Virus record (IMG/VR): IMGVR_UViG_3300011440_000001
Source of the DNA: a virus
Reading direction: 5' to 3' (one strand)
DNA length: 64,000 bases
Shown here: positions 1 to 10,253 of the stretch, piece after piece
Numbering within the stretch: position 1 is the stretch's first letter
Layout of the letters: each line of letters begins with the position of its first letter
Made by a program: the position numbers and the translations under genes
Notes under the pieces: model-generated
Seen by the model: the letters and a program-made list of their open reading frames with translations, nothing else
Database searches by the model: none
Told to the model about the DNA's origin: nothing

Positions 1-91
1 AGGTGAACTCTATGGGACGCAGACCATGCCTCGCCGGGCCTTTCCGCCCGTGCCGGCCGGCCATCGCCTCAGCCTTGCGAACGCTACCCAC

Positions 92-379
92 TTACTCTTC
101 GCCCTCCTGCTGGCGTGCCTGCTCGAGGATCTTGTTGCGCTCCTCGGCACACGCATTAAGCGCCTGCCTCGTGAGCGCGTGAATGGTCGCCATGGACCGC
201 GGCATGTCCCCCGTGTCCATCATCTGGAGCAGATACGCAAGCTGGGGGTTGCTGAGCTTCGGGGCCGGCGTGCGACCCCGCTCCCCCCCCGCCGAGCGCT
301 TTGGCATCGACACGAGCCTCGGCGCTGACTGTGGCGCGTCGGCGGCAGGTACTGTCTGTTCATCTTCTCCATCGCTCAT
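92..379 (-). CDS. small hypothetical protein (96 aa; start trimmed to the Met preceded by GGGAGGGAG)
   Basis: Very strong SD 7 nt upstream of ATG at 379. Last gene of the minus-strand late block. C-terminus has helix-turn-helix-like character. Confidence 0.4.
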   Translation of the reverse strand: MSDGEDEQTVPAADAPQSAPRLVSMPKRSAGGERGRTPAPKLSNPQLAYLLQMMDTGDMPRSMATIHALTRQALNACAEERNKILEQARQQEGEE

Positions 380-393
380 GTATAACTCCCTCC

Positions 394-972
394 CTAGCCG
401 AGTTGTTCGATGATCGCTGTCTGGCACGTTGCTGTCCCGCCGGAACCGCTCCACTGCCATGTGAATCCGAGCGTCGCCTCCTGAGTGGTGTCTACCCCAG
501 CGGTGGTGAAAAAGGTCTGCGGGGACAAATACGCGCCAAGGGCCGTAGTGGATTGGAACAGGAAGGTTCTGCCTATCGTGCCGTTCGGCCCACTCTTGCG
601 GCACACCATCACGAGTTCTGCGGACCATGACGTTATCCGTGACAGCCCGACATCGAGGGAGGCTGCGTCAACGAGCGTGGCCGCACCCAACTTGGCAGAG
701 AGCGCGAACGAGCCGACCAACGCCGGAGACGTGAGCTTGCCCGCGAGGCAAGCGCGGATCGTCCGCCCAGGGATCAGAGCATCCGCCGGAATGACGAGCG
801 ACCCGATGCCGGCACCGATAATGGATGCCTCGGCTGTCCCCGCGACGACACCATCTGCCGTCGCGACGTAGAGCAATCTGTAGCCGCCGCCGACATGGAA
901 TGTCGGATCGAATTCTGGGCCGTAGATGTCCACAGGCCGCAGTGTCTCCGTGTTGAGGTGCGTCATTCCCAC
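394..972 (-). CDS. hypothetical tail-associated protein (fiber assembly or distal fiber segment?)
   Basis: 192-aa Gly/Ala/Thr-rich ORF. Overlaps the 3' end of the fiber gene by 10 nt, so it is coupled to it. Confidence 0.45.
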   Translation of the reverse strand: MGMTHLNTETLRPVDIYGPEFDPTFHVGGGYRLLYVATADGVVAGTAEASIIGAGIGSLVIPADALIPGRTIRACLAGKLTSPALVGSFALSAKLGAATLVDAASLDVGLSRITSWSAELVMVCRKSGPNGTIGRTFLFQSTTALGAYLSPQTFFTTAGVDTTQEATLGFTWQWSGSGGTATCQTAIIEQLG

Positions 973-3044
973 TCCAGCTTCGTACAGTTGTAGCGTCCGA
1001 TGACGCCAGCATTCCCGGCAGTGCCGGCAACGCCGTTGAAGCTGCTGCCGATGCCACCGGCGCCTCCAGCACCGCCGGCCGCCTGGATGGTGCCAACGGT
1101 CGGGATGGTCTTGTAGCCGAGCAGAACCCAGCCTCCGCCACCTCCTCCACCACCACCACCGCCGCCATCATCGAGGCCCAACGAATTGCCGCCGTTGCCA
1201 CCGGCCCCTCCATTGGCTTTGATCGTCCCGCTGTTTACGATGGACATGGCAACGATGCAGGCCACTCCGCCACCCGAGCCGCCGCCGCCACCACCGCCCC
1301 CGGTGTCCCCAGCCCCTTCGGCCGAGCCGGATGTCCCGCCGCGTCCGCCCGTGCCACCCTGGATGACGGTAGCCGTCGCCCCGTGGTAATGGCGCCCAGT
1401 GAGATGCCGCCACTGCCTGAGCGACGCTGCGGTTCCAGCGCCAGAGCCTACATTGATTTGAGTAGTTGAGTCGCCGCCCTTGCCGCCCCCACCACCGTTG
1501 CCGCCCATGCCGGTCGCTGCCGTTGGAGCAGTAGCGAGAGCCCCAACAGATGGGCCAGCGACCCCGGTTGACCCGGTTGTGCCGGCCGTCGAACCTCCGA
1601 CGTTGCGGTTGGTGTTGCCGATCACCCCCACGCCGCCCACGGCTCCTGCTGCGTTCCCGCCGCCGGAACCATCGGCCTTGATCGTCCCATTGTTGGTGAG
1701 CGTCCCGCGCACGAATACCGCGAAGCCATCGAGCGTGAGTGTCACGGCGGCGTTGACCGTGAGCGACGAGTAGTACATATCCTGCGTGAGTGTCGTGTTC
1801 CCAGCGATGGTTACGGCGCCGTCTGAGCCATCCCCGAACAAGAAGTCGAGGAAGTCCGCGGGCCACGTCTCTGCTGTATCTCCGGTATCGACGCTCAACT
1901 GCCGCGCCGCCGTCAGGTCCGATGTGCATGCGATGGTCAGTTGGTGGGAGTCGTTGGAGTCGTTGATCTTGACGGTGTTGAAGGTTGGGTCTGCCGTCGT
2001 GGAAAGGTCCTGATTCGCCGTGACGTCGCCGGTGAGACGGAGAGTACGGTCGGCGTTCGCGAGGTCGAATGTGAGGAATCGATCCGCGGTATGCGCCGGG
2101 CTGCTGAGTGCGCGGAGGCCGAGGATATTCGTCCCCACGCCCGTCGCGTCATCGAAGAAACTCACGCCGGTGAAGAATGCCCCATGCAGCCACGGCTCGT
2201 CCGTCGCGTCGCCGAATATCAGCGCTGTCCCAATGCTGCCGCCACCGCCGGTAACGATGGAACTATTGAATGAGAAGTTAACCCCAGACAAAACTATGGA
2301 TGCCGCCCCGAGGTTGATGGCTGTACCAAGGTTGAGATTGCGCCACCGGATACCCGTAGTCCCCAGGTCTGCGGTATTATTACTCGTCCATCGCAATGCG
2401 CTTGCTTGCAGGATGAGGCGATTCGTATCCTTCAGGTCCCCCGCTGTGTTCAACCACGATGGTATCGAGTCACTCACGGTGGTGACAGGGCTGAGCGCGA
2501 CAGCGCCAATGGCAATGCCCGAGTCCTTGATGAGCTTCCCGGTGATCCCGTCGTAGGTCGCGATGTTGTCTGCGACCGCGACGGCTGGCCCGGTGACATC
2601 GCCTGCGCCCCCGCCGGGGATCCCGAGCAGGGCCTGGGTCTCAGCCACCGTCATGGGCCGGAAGTTTCCGGCATCGCGCCCGAGGACGGTATCCACCGGG
2701 ACAGCGATCTTGACCAGCGAGGAGCCCGCGCTCTGGCGGCCGAACAAAGATGGCTCATCGGCGAGCAGCTTCACGGGACCCGCGCCGTTGGAGCGCGCCA
2801 GGATGTAGTCGGTCTCGGGGCCGTCGTAGTCCAGCGCCGCGAGGGCCGCCTGCTCGGCGTCCGTGAATGCGTTGGTGTTGGGGTTGGACTCGTAGAGGCT
2901 CTTGATCTGGCCGGCGTCCAGACCTGCCACGAGCGGGCTGGGGATCCACTCCTCGATCACATCGTCCCAGACGACAGCTTCTTTGTCGTCCGCGTTGATC
3001 GGGACGCCACCGAGGACGGGGCGTTCCCCGCGCCTGTCGATCAT
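963..3044 (-). CDS. glycine-rich tail fibre / receptor-binding protein
   Basis: 693 aa with long GGxGG and poly-Gly tracts and Asn/Thr/Ser-rich beta-like segments. Last large gene of the structural block. SD GGAG upstream of ATG. Confidence 0.55.
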   Translation of the reverse strand: MIDRRGERPVLGGVPINADDKEAVVWDDVIEEWIPSPLVAGLDAGQIKSLYESNPNTNAFTDAEQAALAALDYDGPETDYILARSNGAGPVKLLADEPSLFGRQSAGSSLVKIAVPVDTVLGRDAGNFRPMTVAETQALLGIPGGGAGDVTGPAVAVADNIATYDGITGKLIKDSGIAIGAVALSPVTTVSDSIPSWLNTAGDLKDTNRLILQASALRWTSNNTADLGTTGIRWRNLNLGTAINLGAASIVLSGVNFSFNSSIVTGGGGSIGTALIFGDATDEPWLHGAFFTGVSFFDDATGVGTNILGLRALSSPAHTADRFLTFDLANADRTLRLTGDVTANQDLSTTADPTFNTVKINDSNDSHQLTIACTSDLTAARQLSVDTGDTAETWPADFLDFLFGDGSDGAVTIAGNTTLTQDMYYSSLTVNAAVTLTLDGFAVFVRGTLTNNGTIKADGSGGGNAAGAVGGVGVIGNTNRNVGGSTAGTTGSTGVAGPSVGALATAPTAATGMGGNGGGGGKGGDSTTQINVGSGAGTAASLRQWRHLTGRHYHGATATVIQGGTGGRGGTSGSAEGAGDTGGGGGGGGSGGGVACIVAMSIVNSGTIKANGGAGGNGGNSLGLDDGGGGGGGGGGGGWVLLGYKTIPTVGTIQAAGGAGGAGGIGSSFNGVAGTAGNAGVIGRYNCTKLEWE

Positions 3045-3117
3045 CTATTGGCTCCGCGCCGGTGTGGAAATAGGCGGGGCCAGGTCTTCACCCGGCCCCG
3101 CCCCTCGGGTGTATCTC

Positions 3118-3861
3118 TTACAGGACGTTGCTCATCGTCTGGCTGAGGACCACCATCTCGAACCCGACGCTCGTGTCGAGGAACGCCGTGGCGCCACCGG
3201 CGTTGGTGACATCCACGATGAGCAGATCACCGTTGCGGAAGATCATCTGGTCGTGGATCAGCTCATACGGCTCGCCGGCCACTGTCGCCGTGGCAAAGGC
3301 AGTCGGCACAGTGAAGGTCCCTGTGCCGCCCGAGTAGTCGCTCACCGGCCTGATCTCGCCTGTTGACAGGCGCTTGATCAGGCTGTTGAGGTAGGTATCG
3401 ACTCCCTCGAGCGCGTTGGTGTCCACCAGCGTCGTCGTGCTGCCGGCCCCGCTGGTGCTGGCGACCCTCGCGTTGCCGCGCCTCTCGTCCGGCGCCAGGG
3501 GAATGACGGTCCTGCGCCCCGCGGCGCCACCGGCGATCGGCTGCGTGATGGCGAGCGCGGTGCTGTTGATCGGGATGTCCACCCCCTCCACAGCGGCCAC
3601 GCGACCATTACCGACCGCGATCATCTTCTTGAGAACGAACGTCAGGTCGTTGCTCGCCGCAGCGTTGCTGGCTCCCTCCACCATGACCGCGCTGACAAGG
3701 CGCGCCTCCTTCCCACCGGGAAGCAGGATCGGCCGCATGAACCTGTCGATGGCTGCGGCGCTGAGAACCGCGATGCCTTGGAGCGGGATGGTGCCGCGAA
3801 TGCGTCTCCCTACGTGCTCGAGATCGAGGTCTCCTTCTGATGCTCCGCCGGTGTAGGACAT
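3118..3861 (-). CDS. hypothetical virion structural protein
   Basis: 247 aa, SD AGGGGG upstream of ATG. Sits in the structural block between capsid and fibre. Confidence 0.5.
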   Translation of the reverse strand: MSYTGGASEGDLDLEHVGRRIRGTIPLQGIAVLSAAAIDRFMRPILLPGGKEARLVSAVMVEGASNAAASNDLTFVLKKMIAVGNGRVAAVEGVDIPINSTALAITQPIAGGAAGRRTVIPLAPDERRGNARVASTSGAGSTTTLVDTNALEGVDTYLNSLIKRLSTGEIRPVSDYSGGTGTFTVPTAFATATVAGEPYELIHDQMIFRNGDLLIVDVTNAGGATAFLDTSVGFEMVVLSQTMSNVL

Positions 3862-3947
3862 AATTGTGACCCCCTATCGGTATCCCTGATGGTGGCGCGT
3901 CAGTGTCGGGCCATCGCGCGTGCGCCACGCCGCGCGGCAGCCAAGTC

Positions 3948-4802
3948 CTACTCGAACCGTTCGACCTCGCAGACCGAGTTGTTTATCGTGCCGGTGCCCT
4001 GCACGGTCATCGAGATGAACAGCGGATTGACGAAGCCGACTTCCTGCTGCCCGTAGATGTCTCGTGCCTTGCCAGGCGTCGCCGGGCCACCGGTGGAGGT
4101 GTAGTCCTCCAGCACGATCCGGCGCTCGGCGCTACCAGGCGCCACACCCCACACGAAGGGGCTGATGCGCCAGATCTCGCCGCGCTCGCTGAACTCCTTG
4201 GGGCGGATGCTCACCTGGTGGCACGGGTGATACAGATGCCCCTGAATCTCATAGTCGGTTGTGGCATCCGGGACCGTGAGCCACGGGGAGTTCACATATG
4301 CGATTCTGACTGTCGAGACTGTGGTTGGCTCGTAGGCGACGATCTCGCGCTGCTGGCCAGCACCCGTACCCCCAATGAGTTTGATGCGCAGGCCGGGGAA
4401 CCAGTTCCCGTTGGTGCGCTCGCGCACGCCAAGGTTGATGAAGTTCGCCCCGCTGCCAGCCTGGGCCTTCCCGAGGAACGGCTCCGCATGCAACATCGTC
4501 ACCACGTCGAAGGTGTCTTCATCCGCCGGGATCGTCCCGAACCCTGGCGGGTCCACGACGTAGTGCGCTCTGGTGCCGCCCACGTTCGTCTGGTCGATGA
4601 TGCGGAACGCCTTGCCGCGCAACAGGCCGGTCTTGAAGACGATCCAGAGCCCGTTATGGAGCCCCGTCGCGGTGTCTGGGTCGGCGTCGTCTGTTTCGAT
4701 CTCGGTGAGCGTGGGCGCGAAGTTCGACGCCTCCACCGAGCCGGAGGACGTGTCCAGCACGCTGATCGAGAACAGCCTGTGGTTCGTTACTCTCTCTGAC
4801 AC
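3948..4802 (-). CDS. hypothetical virion structural protein
   Basis: 284 aa, GTG start preceded by GAGGGGGAG. Confidence 0.5.
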   Translation of the reverse strand: MSERVTNHRLFSISVLDTSSGSVEASNFAPTLTEIETDDADPDTATGLHNGLWIVFKTGLLRGKAFRIIDQTNVGGTRAHYVVDPPGFGTIPADEDTFDVVTMLHAEPFLGKAQAGSGANFINLGVRERTNGNWFPGLRIKLIGGTGAGQQREIVAYEPTTVSTVRIAYVNSPWLTVPDATTDYEIQGHLYHPCHQVSIRPKEFSERGEIWRISPFVWGVAPGSAERRIVLEDYTSTGGPATPGKARDIYGQQEVGFVNPLFISMTVQGTGTINNSVCEVERFE

Positions 4803-4814
4803 GGTGTCTCCCCC

Positions 4815-5765
4815 TCAGTCGAGATCTGCAATCAGGTCGAATGGCATGACGGCACGCTGGCCCGGAGTGGGCATGTCCAACACGCTGATCCAGTTGTCGC
4901 GCGCCCGCTCGTACTTCGCGTACTTGCCGCTGGCATCTTCATCGGCCGTCTCGACAATATCGGCGCACGCCAGGTAGCGCACGAGGCGCGCCATCATGCG
5001 CGGGAATGGCAGCAGCAGCGCGTAACGGCTCCCCCCGGCAATCGTCGGGGGCGTCGTCCAGACGCTGTCGAGCGTCAGCTCCCGCGTCACCCCGTCGTAA
5101 TCCGTGACCCGCTTGCGCTGGCCGATACCGGTGCCCGCCACGATCTCGATCTCCATGGCGTTGTAGATGTCGTCGATGGGCTCCGCGGGGCGCTGGCCGA
5201 TGCTGTTGGAGAACGTCGATGCCAGCCTCAGCAGGTTCGTAGCGCCAGGGTCTGCTGCCTGGGTGCCGAACAGCAGGTCGGGGATGTCGTGCTCGTACCA
5301 GAGCTTGAGGTTGTTGGCGACGACCCCTGTTGGGGGCGGGTCGAGCAGGATCTTCCGGCCGACGATCTCGTACGTGGTCCTGCCTCCCAGTTGAGTCCCA
5401 TAGTTCGGATACTCGCTGCCCGCCTGGGCCTCGCTCTTCCTGTCCTCCGTGATCGTGACCCACCGGGTGGTGCTGAGGACCTGCGCCCGCACGAGGCGCA
5501 CGAAGTTCACCGGGAGATCGGCGCCCGGCGGGTCAGTCCCGTTGCCGGCCCCCACGGAGAGCAGCGTGGGGGTATCGGCGGTGTGCAGCAGCGTCCGGTA
5601 GCGCTCGTGGGTCTCGAGCACCTCCGCCAAGACATCGTCCTTGGCGCCGTTGATGGCCGGGTAGAGGTACTGCGGGGCGAAGAACGTCGTGGTCAGAGCA
5701 TCCTCGCCGGCCTCGGCCAGGACATCGAGGCCCAACTGGTAGAGATTGCCCCCTACACTCGACAT
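4815..5765 (-). CDS. hypothetical virion structural protein
   Basis: 316 aa, ATG with SD GAAGGGG. Confidence 0.5.
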   Translation of the reverse strand: MSSVGGNLYQLGLDVLAEAGEDALTTTFFAPQYLYPAINGAKDDVLAEVLETHERYRTLLHTADTPTLLSVGAGNGTDPPGADLPVNFVRLVRAQVLSTTRWVTITEDRKSEAQAGSEYPNYGTQLGGRTTYEIVGRKILLDPPPTGVVANNLKLWYEHDIPDLLFGTQAADPGATNLLRLASTFSNSIGQRPAEPIDDIYNAMEIEIVAGTGIGQRKRVTDYDGVTRELTLDSVWTTPPTIAGGSRYALLLPFPRMMARLVRYLACADIVETADEDASGKYAKYERARDNWISVLDMPTPGQRAVMPFDLIADLD

Positions 5766-5782
5766 TCAACACCCCTTCGGCG

Positions 5783-6556
5783 CTATCGGCGGCGCCGGCC
5801 GCCCGCGGGCTTCTTCTCCGCGGCATCCTCTGCCTTCTCCACATCCTCGAGCGTCTGAACCCCAGTGCGGGACGCCAGCTCGTCGTCAACCTGGCTCTTG
5901 GCCTGATCCGCCGGGATCCCGGCGTCCACCTTGTCGAGCGCCGAGATGAAGTCCTCCTTGGTCCAGCTCACGTTGGTCTTCATGCCCTTCTTGATTGCCA
6001 GCGCCCGCAGCTCGTCGCGGGTGAAGTCGGACAGGTCGATCGGCGTGCGGCTCTCGAACGCCGCGATCTGCTCCTCCGTCTGGACCTGCTCAGCAAGCAC
6101 CTGCTTCCTGCTCAGGTCGAGCTTCACGGCCTCAGCCAGCGCCAGCATACGGTTGTCGAGCGCGTCTCCGCGCCTGAGGGCCGAGTCCTTCACGCCCTGG
6201 CCGCGGTAGACCGCGTTGTCGGCCTCCCGGTGACGCAGGTACTGTTGCTCGACGTGATCGACGAACCTGTTCAGGCCCGCGCTCTCCATCTCCGCGAGGA
6301 TCGCCCGGCGCTCTGACTCTGGCAGCGGGTGGCCGTCGTCGTCGATGAAGCGCTCCACGCGGATCGGCGTCACCCCCCACCGACCCAGGTGCCGTCCCAC
6401 CATCTCCAGCGCGAAACGCTGGTCTACCTGGTCATCAGAGACGTGGAAGTTCGTCAGCTCCATCGGTTTGAAAAGGAATTTCTTCCCCCGGAACTCGAAG
6501 GTCAGGGGCTGTGGGCATGGGTTGTAAACAATGTCGCCCGCCGTCAGTGGTGCCAT
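5783..6556 (-). CDS. hypothetical structural protein (257 aa; start moved to Met32 of the ORF-track product)
   Basis: ATG at 6556 is preceded by GAGGAGG. The longer upstream extension overlaps the next gene by 215 nt in another frame. Confidence 0.45.
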   Translation of the reverse strand: MAPLTAGDIVYNPCPQPLTFEFRGKKFLFKPMELTNFHVSDDQVDQRFALEMVGRHLGRWGVTPIRVERFIDDDGHPLPESERRAILAEMESAGLNRFVDHVEQQYLRHREADNAVYRGQGVKDSALRRGDALDNRMLALAEAVKLDLSRKQVLAEQVQTEEQIAAFESRTPIDLSDFTRDELRALAIKKGMKTNVSWTKEDFISALDKVDAGIPADQAKSQVDDELASRTGVQTLEDVEKAEDAAEKKPAGGRRRR

Positions 6557-7097
6557 CGTGCGCCTCCTCGTTGTTGCTGGTGTCATCCAGCGGTCGCAGG
6601 CTCTCCCGCATCGCGCCGGCCACGCCAATGAAGTGGTCTGCCGAGGCAAAGCCCGTCAGTTGCAATGTCTCCGGGTTTTTCTCGAGGTACTCCATCCAGT
6701 CCTTGTGCCACTGCTGGTAGCGCTCGTCGTGCTCGTCATCAGCGCGTTGCTGGAGGGCCTCTTCCTTGCGCTCAAGGTCATCGAGGAACGCCTCGACCGT
6801 GCTGGCAAAGCGGCGCCAGTCGGTGCGGTAGAGCTTCCCGATCATCGACTCGTAGCCCGGCTCTTGCCGGACGCCGGCATCGTCCTCGAGGTAGAAAATG
6901 GGCCGTGGCGGATGGGTCCTGGACTGCTTGTTGCCCTCTGTCATCCAGGTGATGCACACCCAGCGAAGGCGAATCCGGTCCCACACCACGTCGTAGGCAG
7001 GGTCGTACCGGACAAGCGCGGCCATCGCATCAGGGAACCGGCGATGAGGATCCATCGCCGAATCGTCGAAAGCGAAGCGCCGCGGCTTGTCCAGCAC
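6435..7097 (-). CDS. hypothetical protein downstream of major capsid
   Basis: 220 aa, protein-like composition (W, Y, F, K rich). Its 3' 122 nt overlaps the start of 5783..6556 in a different frame. Confidence 0.45.
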   Translation of the reverse strand: MLDKPRRFAFDDSAMDPHRRFPDAMAALVRYDPAYDVVWDRIRLRWVCITWMTEGNKQSRTHPPRPIFYLEDDAGVRQEPGYESMIGKLYRTDWRRFASTVEAFLDDLERKEEALQQRADDEHDERYQQWHKDWMEYLEKNPETLQLTGFASADHFIGVAGAMRESLRPLDDTSNNEEAHDGTTDGGRHCLQPMPTAPDLRVPGEEIPFQTDGADELPRL

Positions 7098-7146
7098 GGG
7101 TATCCAGCCTTTCAGTTACTCAGTCGTTCAGTGAATCAACTGCTGT

Positions 7147-8448
7147 TTACGGCTCTGCGAGGTCCCTGATGCGGCCCCAAGCGTTGCTCTGCTTGATGCC
7201 GATGTTCATGTAGGTCCCGTAGGCCAGCTCGGCCACGTCGCGGTGCGGGAGCCTTTCCCCGCCAGCGACCTTGTCGATGCTGCCCCACGGCTTGACGATG
7301 AACCGGCAGATCTGGGCCAGGTTGCCCATGTAGATCTCGCGCAGCGGCGCCTGGCGATCGATGAAGAACTTCTTGCCGTTCCAATCGATCTCCGTGTAGC
7401 CCAGGTGCAGCTTCGCGCTCAGGTGCTGGACCTGAGGCAGGCCGATCGCGATCAGCTTGCGGCGCTGACCCTTGCCCATGCCGATGAACGTCACTTCCTT
7501 CCCACTGAAGGTCTGGATGGTGTCGTCCATGGACTGCATGAGGTCTTCGGTGATGTTGCGCAGCGTGCCGCCGTTAGCGTCGATGTGACTGCGCCACTCT
7601 GGAGTCGTGGTCCTGTTGATGAACTCCATGATGGCGACCGTGAGGGTGCCGTCATCCACGAGCTGCTGGAGCCCGGTGATTTCGTTGCCCTCGCCGGTGG
7701 CGCCGGTGCCGATGCCCACGTTCTCACGCACCACCACGTTGGTCGCGACCACCGCCGCCTGACCGATCGTGGCCAGGTTGACCGGAGCACCGGCGTTGTC
7801 CACAACATCGAACGTGCGCGCTGCGTAGTTCACGTTGGTGACGTTGAACCCGACATCGAGCGTCGTCTGGTTGGCCGCGCTGTTGCGTGTTACCAGCGTG
7901 GAGGTCCAGAAGTCCACTCGCATCGAGTGACGGATGTACTGCATGTTGCTGTCCGCTGTCAGCGTCACCCTGTCGTTGGTGCCGGCGCCATTGGCGACCG
8001 CCTGGACCGCCCCGAGATTGCCACGACCCGTCCCCCACATCTGGCGAGACATGTCGTTGCGGGCGTACTTCGTCTTGCTCTCGATGGAACGGTCCAGAGC
8101 GTCGAAGAATCCCTTGACACCCTTGGTGATGCTGGCCTCGGTCAGCCCCGTGATCCGCTCGGTGAGGTAGTTCAGCTTCGGGTTGATGCGACCCTGGGCA
8201 CCCCGCAGTGCGATCGAGCCTTCCGGCCCGCCGGGGAGATTGCCGCCTTCGGTCGCAGCACCCACGCTCTCACCGCCGGGGAGCTGCACGGGGAACAGCC
8301 AGTACTTGCCGCCCGAGTCGTAATCCATGGTCTCGTCTCGCTCGAGCAGCTCGAGGAGCATCGGCTCTACGTTCTCCTGCTCCACGATGTAGTTCGCGTA
8401 CCGCTCCTTGGCCATGAAAAGGAGCGCAGTCAGTGTTGACTCAGCCAT
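7147..8448 (-). CDS. major capsid protein (putative)
   Basis: 433 aa, directly downstream of a coiled-coil scaffold-like gene in a TerL-portal-scaffold-capsid order. ATG with SD AGGAG. Confidence 0.6.
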   Translation of the reverse strand: MAESTLTALLFMAKERYANYIVEQENVEPMLLELLERDETMDYDSGGKYWLFPVQLPGGESVGAATEGGNLPGGPEGSIALRGAQGRINPKLNYLTERITGLTEASITKGVKGFFDALDRSIESKTKYARNDMSRQMWGTGRGNLGAVQAVANGAGTNDRVTLTADSNMQYIRHSMRVDFWTSTLVTRNSAANQTTLDVGFNVTNVNYAARTFDVVDNAGAPVNLATIGQAAVVATNVVVRENVGIGTGATGEGNEITGLQQLVDDGTLTVAIMEFINRTTTPEWRSHIDANGGTLRNITEDLMQSMDDTIQTFSGKEVTFIGMGKGQRRKLIAIGLPQVQHLSAKLHLGYTEIDWNGKKFFIDRQAPLREIYMGNLAQICRFIVKPWGSIDKVAGGERLPHRDVAELAYGTYMNIGIKQSNAWGRIRDLAEP

Positions 8449-8452
8449 TTAC

Positions 8453-9445
8453 TTACTCCTGTGGGAGCCTCGACATCTCTCGGCGCGCGGCGTGGAATGT
8501 CGAGTCTTTGCCCGTGAGAGATCTCACCGGCTCTCGCTTCATCCCACCCCCCGTGCCCATTGGAGCCGAAGCATCTCGAAGGACTGATGGCGGGAATTTC
8601 TTCCCCTTCTTCATCAGTTCGCTGACTCCGTTTTCGACCTGTTTGTCCATGCGCGATTTCATCGCACGCCACACCGCGGCCACCTCGGCCCCGACGTTGT
8701 GCCACGTGCTGGTGTCTACCTTGTCCCTGCGGATGACCAGTGCCTTCACGTCCTCCGCCCAATCCGGGTCCACGCCTTCTGCCTTCGCTGCCTGGGAGAA
8801 CAGGCCCTCGAATTGCGAGATGCCTCGCTCGTTCTCCAGGCGTTCGCTTGAGGCGCCGAACTGCTCTTCCATCGCCTCGAGCCGCTCGAGCAGGGGGGCC
8901 GTGGCCGACTCCACTGCCTGCTTGGTCTCCCAGTTGTAGTGCTCCTTGGGGTGCGTCTCGGCATCCCAAGGGTTCTGCGGTGTCGCCTCCGGGCTGGTAC
9001 CCCGGCTCGGCTGCTGTCCACCGCCCGCCGCCAACTGGGCCATGCGCTCGTACCAGATCTGCTCCGACTTCTCGCGCTGCTGCTCCAGCGCCTGTGCGAT
9101 GCGCGCCTCGATGTCATCGGGCTGTGGCGCCGCCGCGGCAGGTGCTTTCTGGAGGCCCTGGATGTACTGGCTGAGAGCTTCCTGTGAGGTGAACTCCTGG
9201 TCGCCGTACTTGAACTTGAAGCTGGCCGGCTGGCTCGGTCCCATCTGCGCCAGCTCCTCCGGGGTGAGATCCGGAAGGTGAACACGCTGCGTTCCAGGAT
9301 CGAAATACCCATCGCCTGGGATTCCAGACATTCCAGGCGCCTGCGATGGATCCGCGCCCGGCGCAGCACCACTTCCCGCACCGGCATCACCGGCCGGGGC
9401 AGGCCCACCACCCATTTCCATCAGCGATTTCGGAATCCACGACAT
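8453..9445 (-). CDS. scaffolding protein (putative)
   Basis: 330 aa, acidic, Gln/Glu/Ala-rich helical protein with disordered Pro/Gly N-terminus. Immediately precedes the capsid gene. SD GAAGGAGG. Confidence 0.55.
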   Translation of the reverse strand: MSWIPKSLMEMGGGPAPAGDAGAGSGAAPGADPSQAPGMSGIPGDGYFDPGTQRVHLPDLTPEELAQMGPSQPASFKFKYGDQEFTSQEALSQYIQGLQKAPAAAAPQPDDIEARIAQALEQQREKSEQIWYERMAQLAAGGGQQPSRGTSPEATPQNPWDAETHPKEHYNWETKQAVESATAPLLERLEAMEEQFGASSERLENERGISQFEGLFSQAAKAEGVDPDWAEDVKALVIRRDKVDTSTWHNVGAEVAAVWRAMKSRMDKQVENGVSELMKKGKKFPPSVLRDASAPMGTGGGMKREPVRSLTGKDSTFHAARREMSRLPQE

Positions 9446-9540
9446 GGCTCAGCCTCCTTCGCATCCACTCGGGCCAGACCTCGGGGCACCACCTCCCGGT
9501 GATGCCTGATCCAGTCCCTGCAGACGACGGTGTTGCCTGA

Positions 9541-9576
9541 AAAAGCAAAAGGCCCGAGGGGGCTTTCGCCCTCTCG
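9541..9576 (-). terminator. rho-independent terminator or attenuator for minus-strand transcripts
   Basis: 8-bp GC-rich hairpin (CGAGGGGG/CCCTCTCG, loop CTTTCG). On the minus strand it is followed by UUUUGCUUUU. Confidence 0.35.
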
Positions 9577-9609
9577 AGCCTCAGTGGTCCTGATAGCCCG
9601 GCGCGTGCG

Positions 9610-9825
9610 CTACGTGCGGATCGATGTCACGCCGGTGGCTCCTGATGCAGCGCTGCTGTTCCGCAGCACCGCGTCGTACTCATTGACACTCTTGTATTGC
9701 CTGTTGACCTCAACGAGAGTTGGTCTCCCCGATTCGACCCTGATGGTGATGTTGCCGAAGAATGGGCTCCCTCGCCCTGGGTTCAACGTGCCCTTCACGA
9801 TATTGACAACATCATCGACTGTCAA
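9610..9825 (-). CDS. small hypothetical protein (71 aa)
   Basis: ORF in the operon between portal and scaffold. Confidence 0.35.
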   Translation of the reverse strand: MTVDDVVNIVKGTLNPGRGSPFFGNITIRVESGRPTLVEVNRQYKSVNEYDAVLRNSSAASGATGVTSIRT

Positions 9826-9837
9826 CAGTCCGCCCCG

Positions 9838-10056
9838 TTACGTTTGTTCCGTGAGCCTGCGCGCTTGTGTCCCGCCGGCCTTGCGGATCATCTCTTCGAG
9901 GCCACGACGCTGCTGCACGGGCGATTTGAAGAATCGCTTTTTTGTCTGCACGCCGAGGTATTCGCTGAGGCTCTCGCGGGAGCCGCCGGCCTCGTTATAC
10001 GCCTGGACCTGATCGCGCAGGGGGTTGGGTTTGATGGGCTTTCTTTCATTCGGCAT
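9838..10056 (-). CDS. small basic hypothetical protein (72 aa)
   Basis: ORF in the same operon. Confidence 0.35.
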   Translation of the reverse strand: MPNERKPIKPNPLRDQVQAYNEAGGSRESLSEYLGVQTKKRFFKSPVQQRRGLEEMIRKAGGTQARRLTEQT

Positions 10057-10058
10057 GG

Positions 10059-10253
10059 CTACGACCTCGTGTTGGTGTACATCTCGCGCAGGCTGCGCAG
10101 GTGCTTTTTCTGGATCGGGCGGCTCGGGTTGAACGAGCGGTAGTTCTGGCCCTTGAGTGGCTGATACGGCTTGTATGTTTTCAGGCCGTAGCGCTGCTTG
10201 GCGCCGAACTCCATGGTCTTGGTGGTTGTGGTGGTTCCGCCCATGCTGTTCAT
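10059..10253 (-). CDS. small hypothetical protein (64 aa)
   Basis: ORF. Start overlaps the stop of the upstream gene. Confidence 0.3.
   Translation of the reverse strand: MNSMGGTTTTTKTMEFGAKQRYGLKTYKPYQPLKGQNYRSFNPSRPIQKKHLRSLREMYTNTRS

Noticed and set aside
1168-2556. ORFs overlapping the fibre gene on both strands (1168..1929, 1480..1773, 2020..2556)
   Set aside because: Frame artifacts of a Gly-codon-rich (GGN) gene. The 693-aa fibre ORF explains the region.
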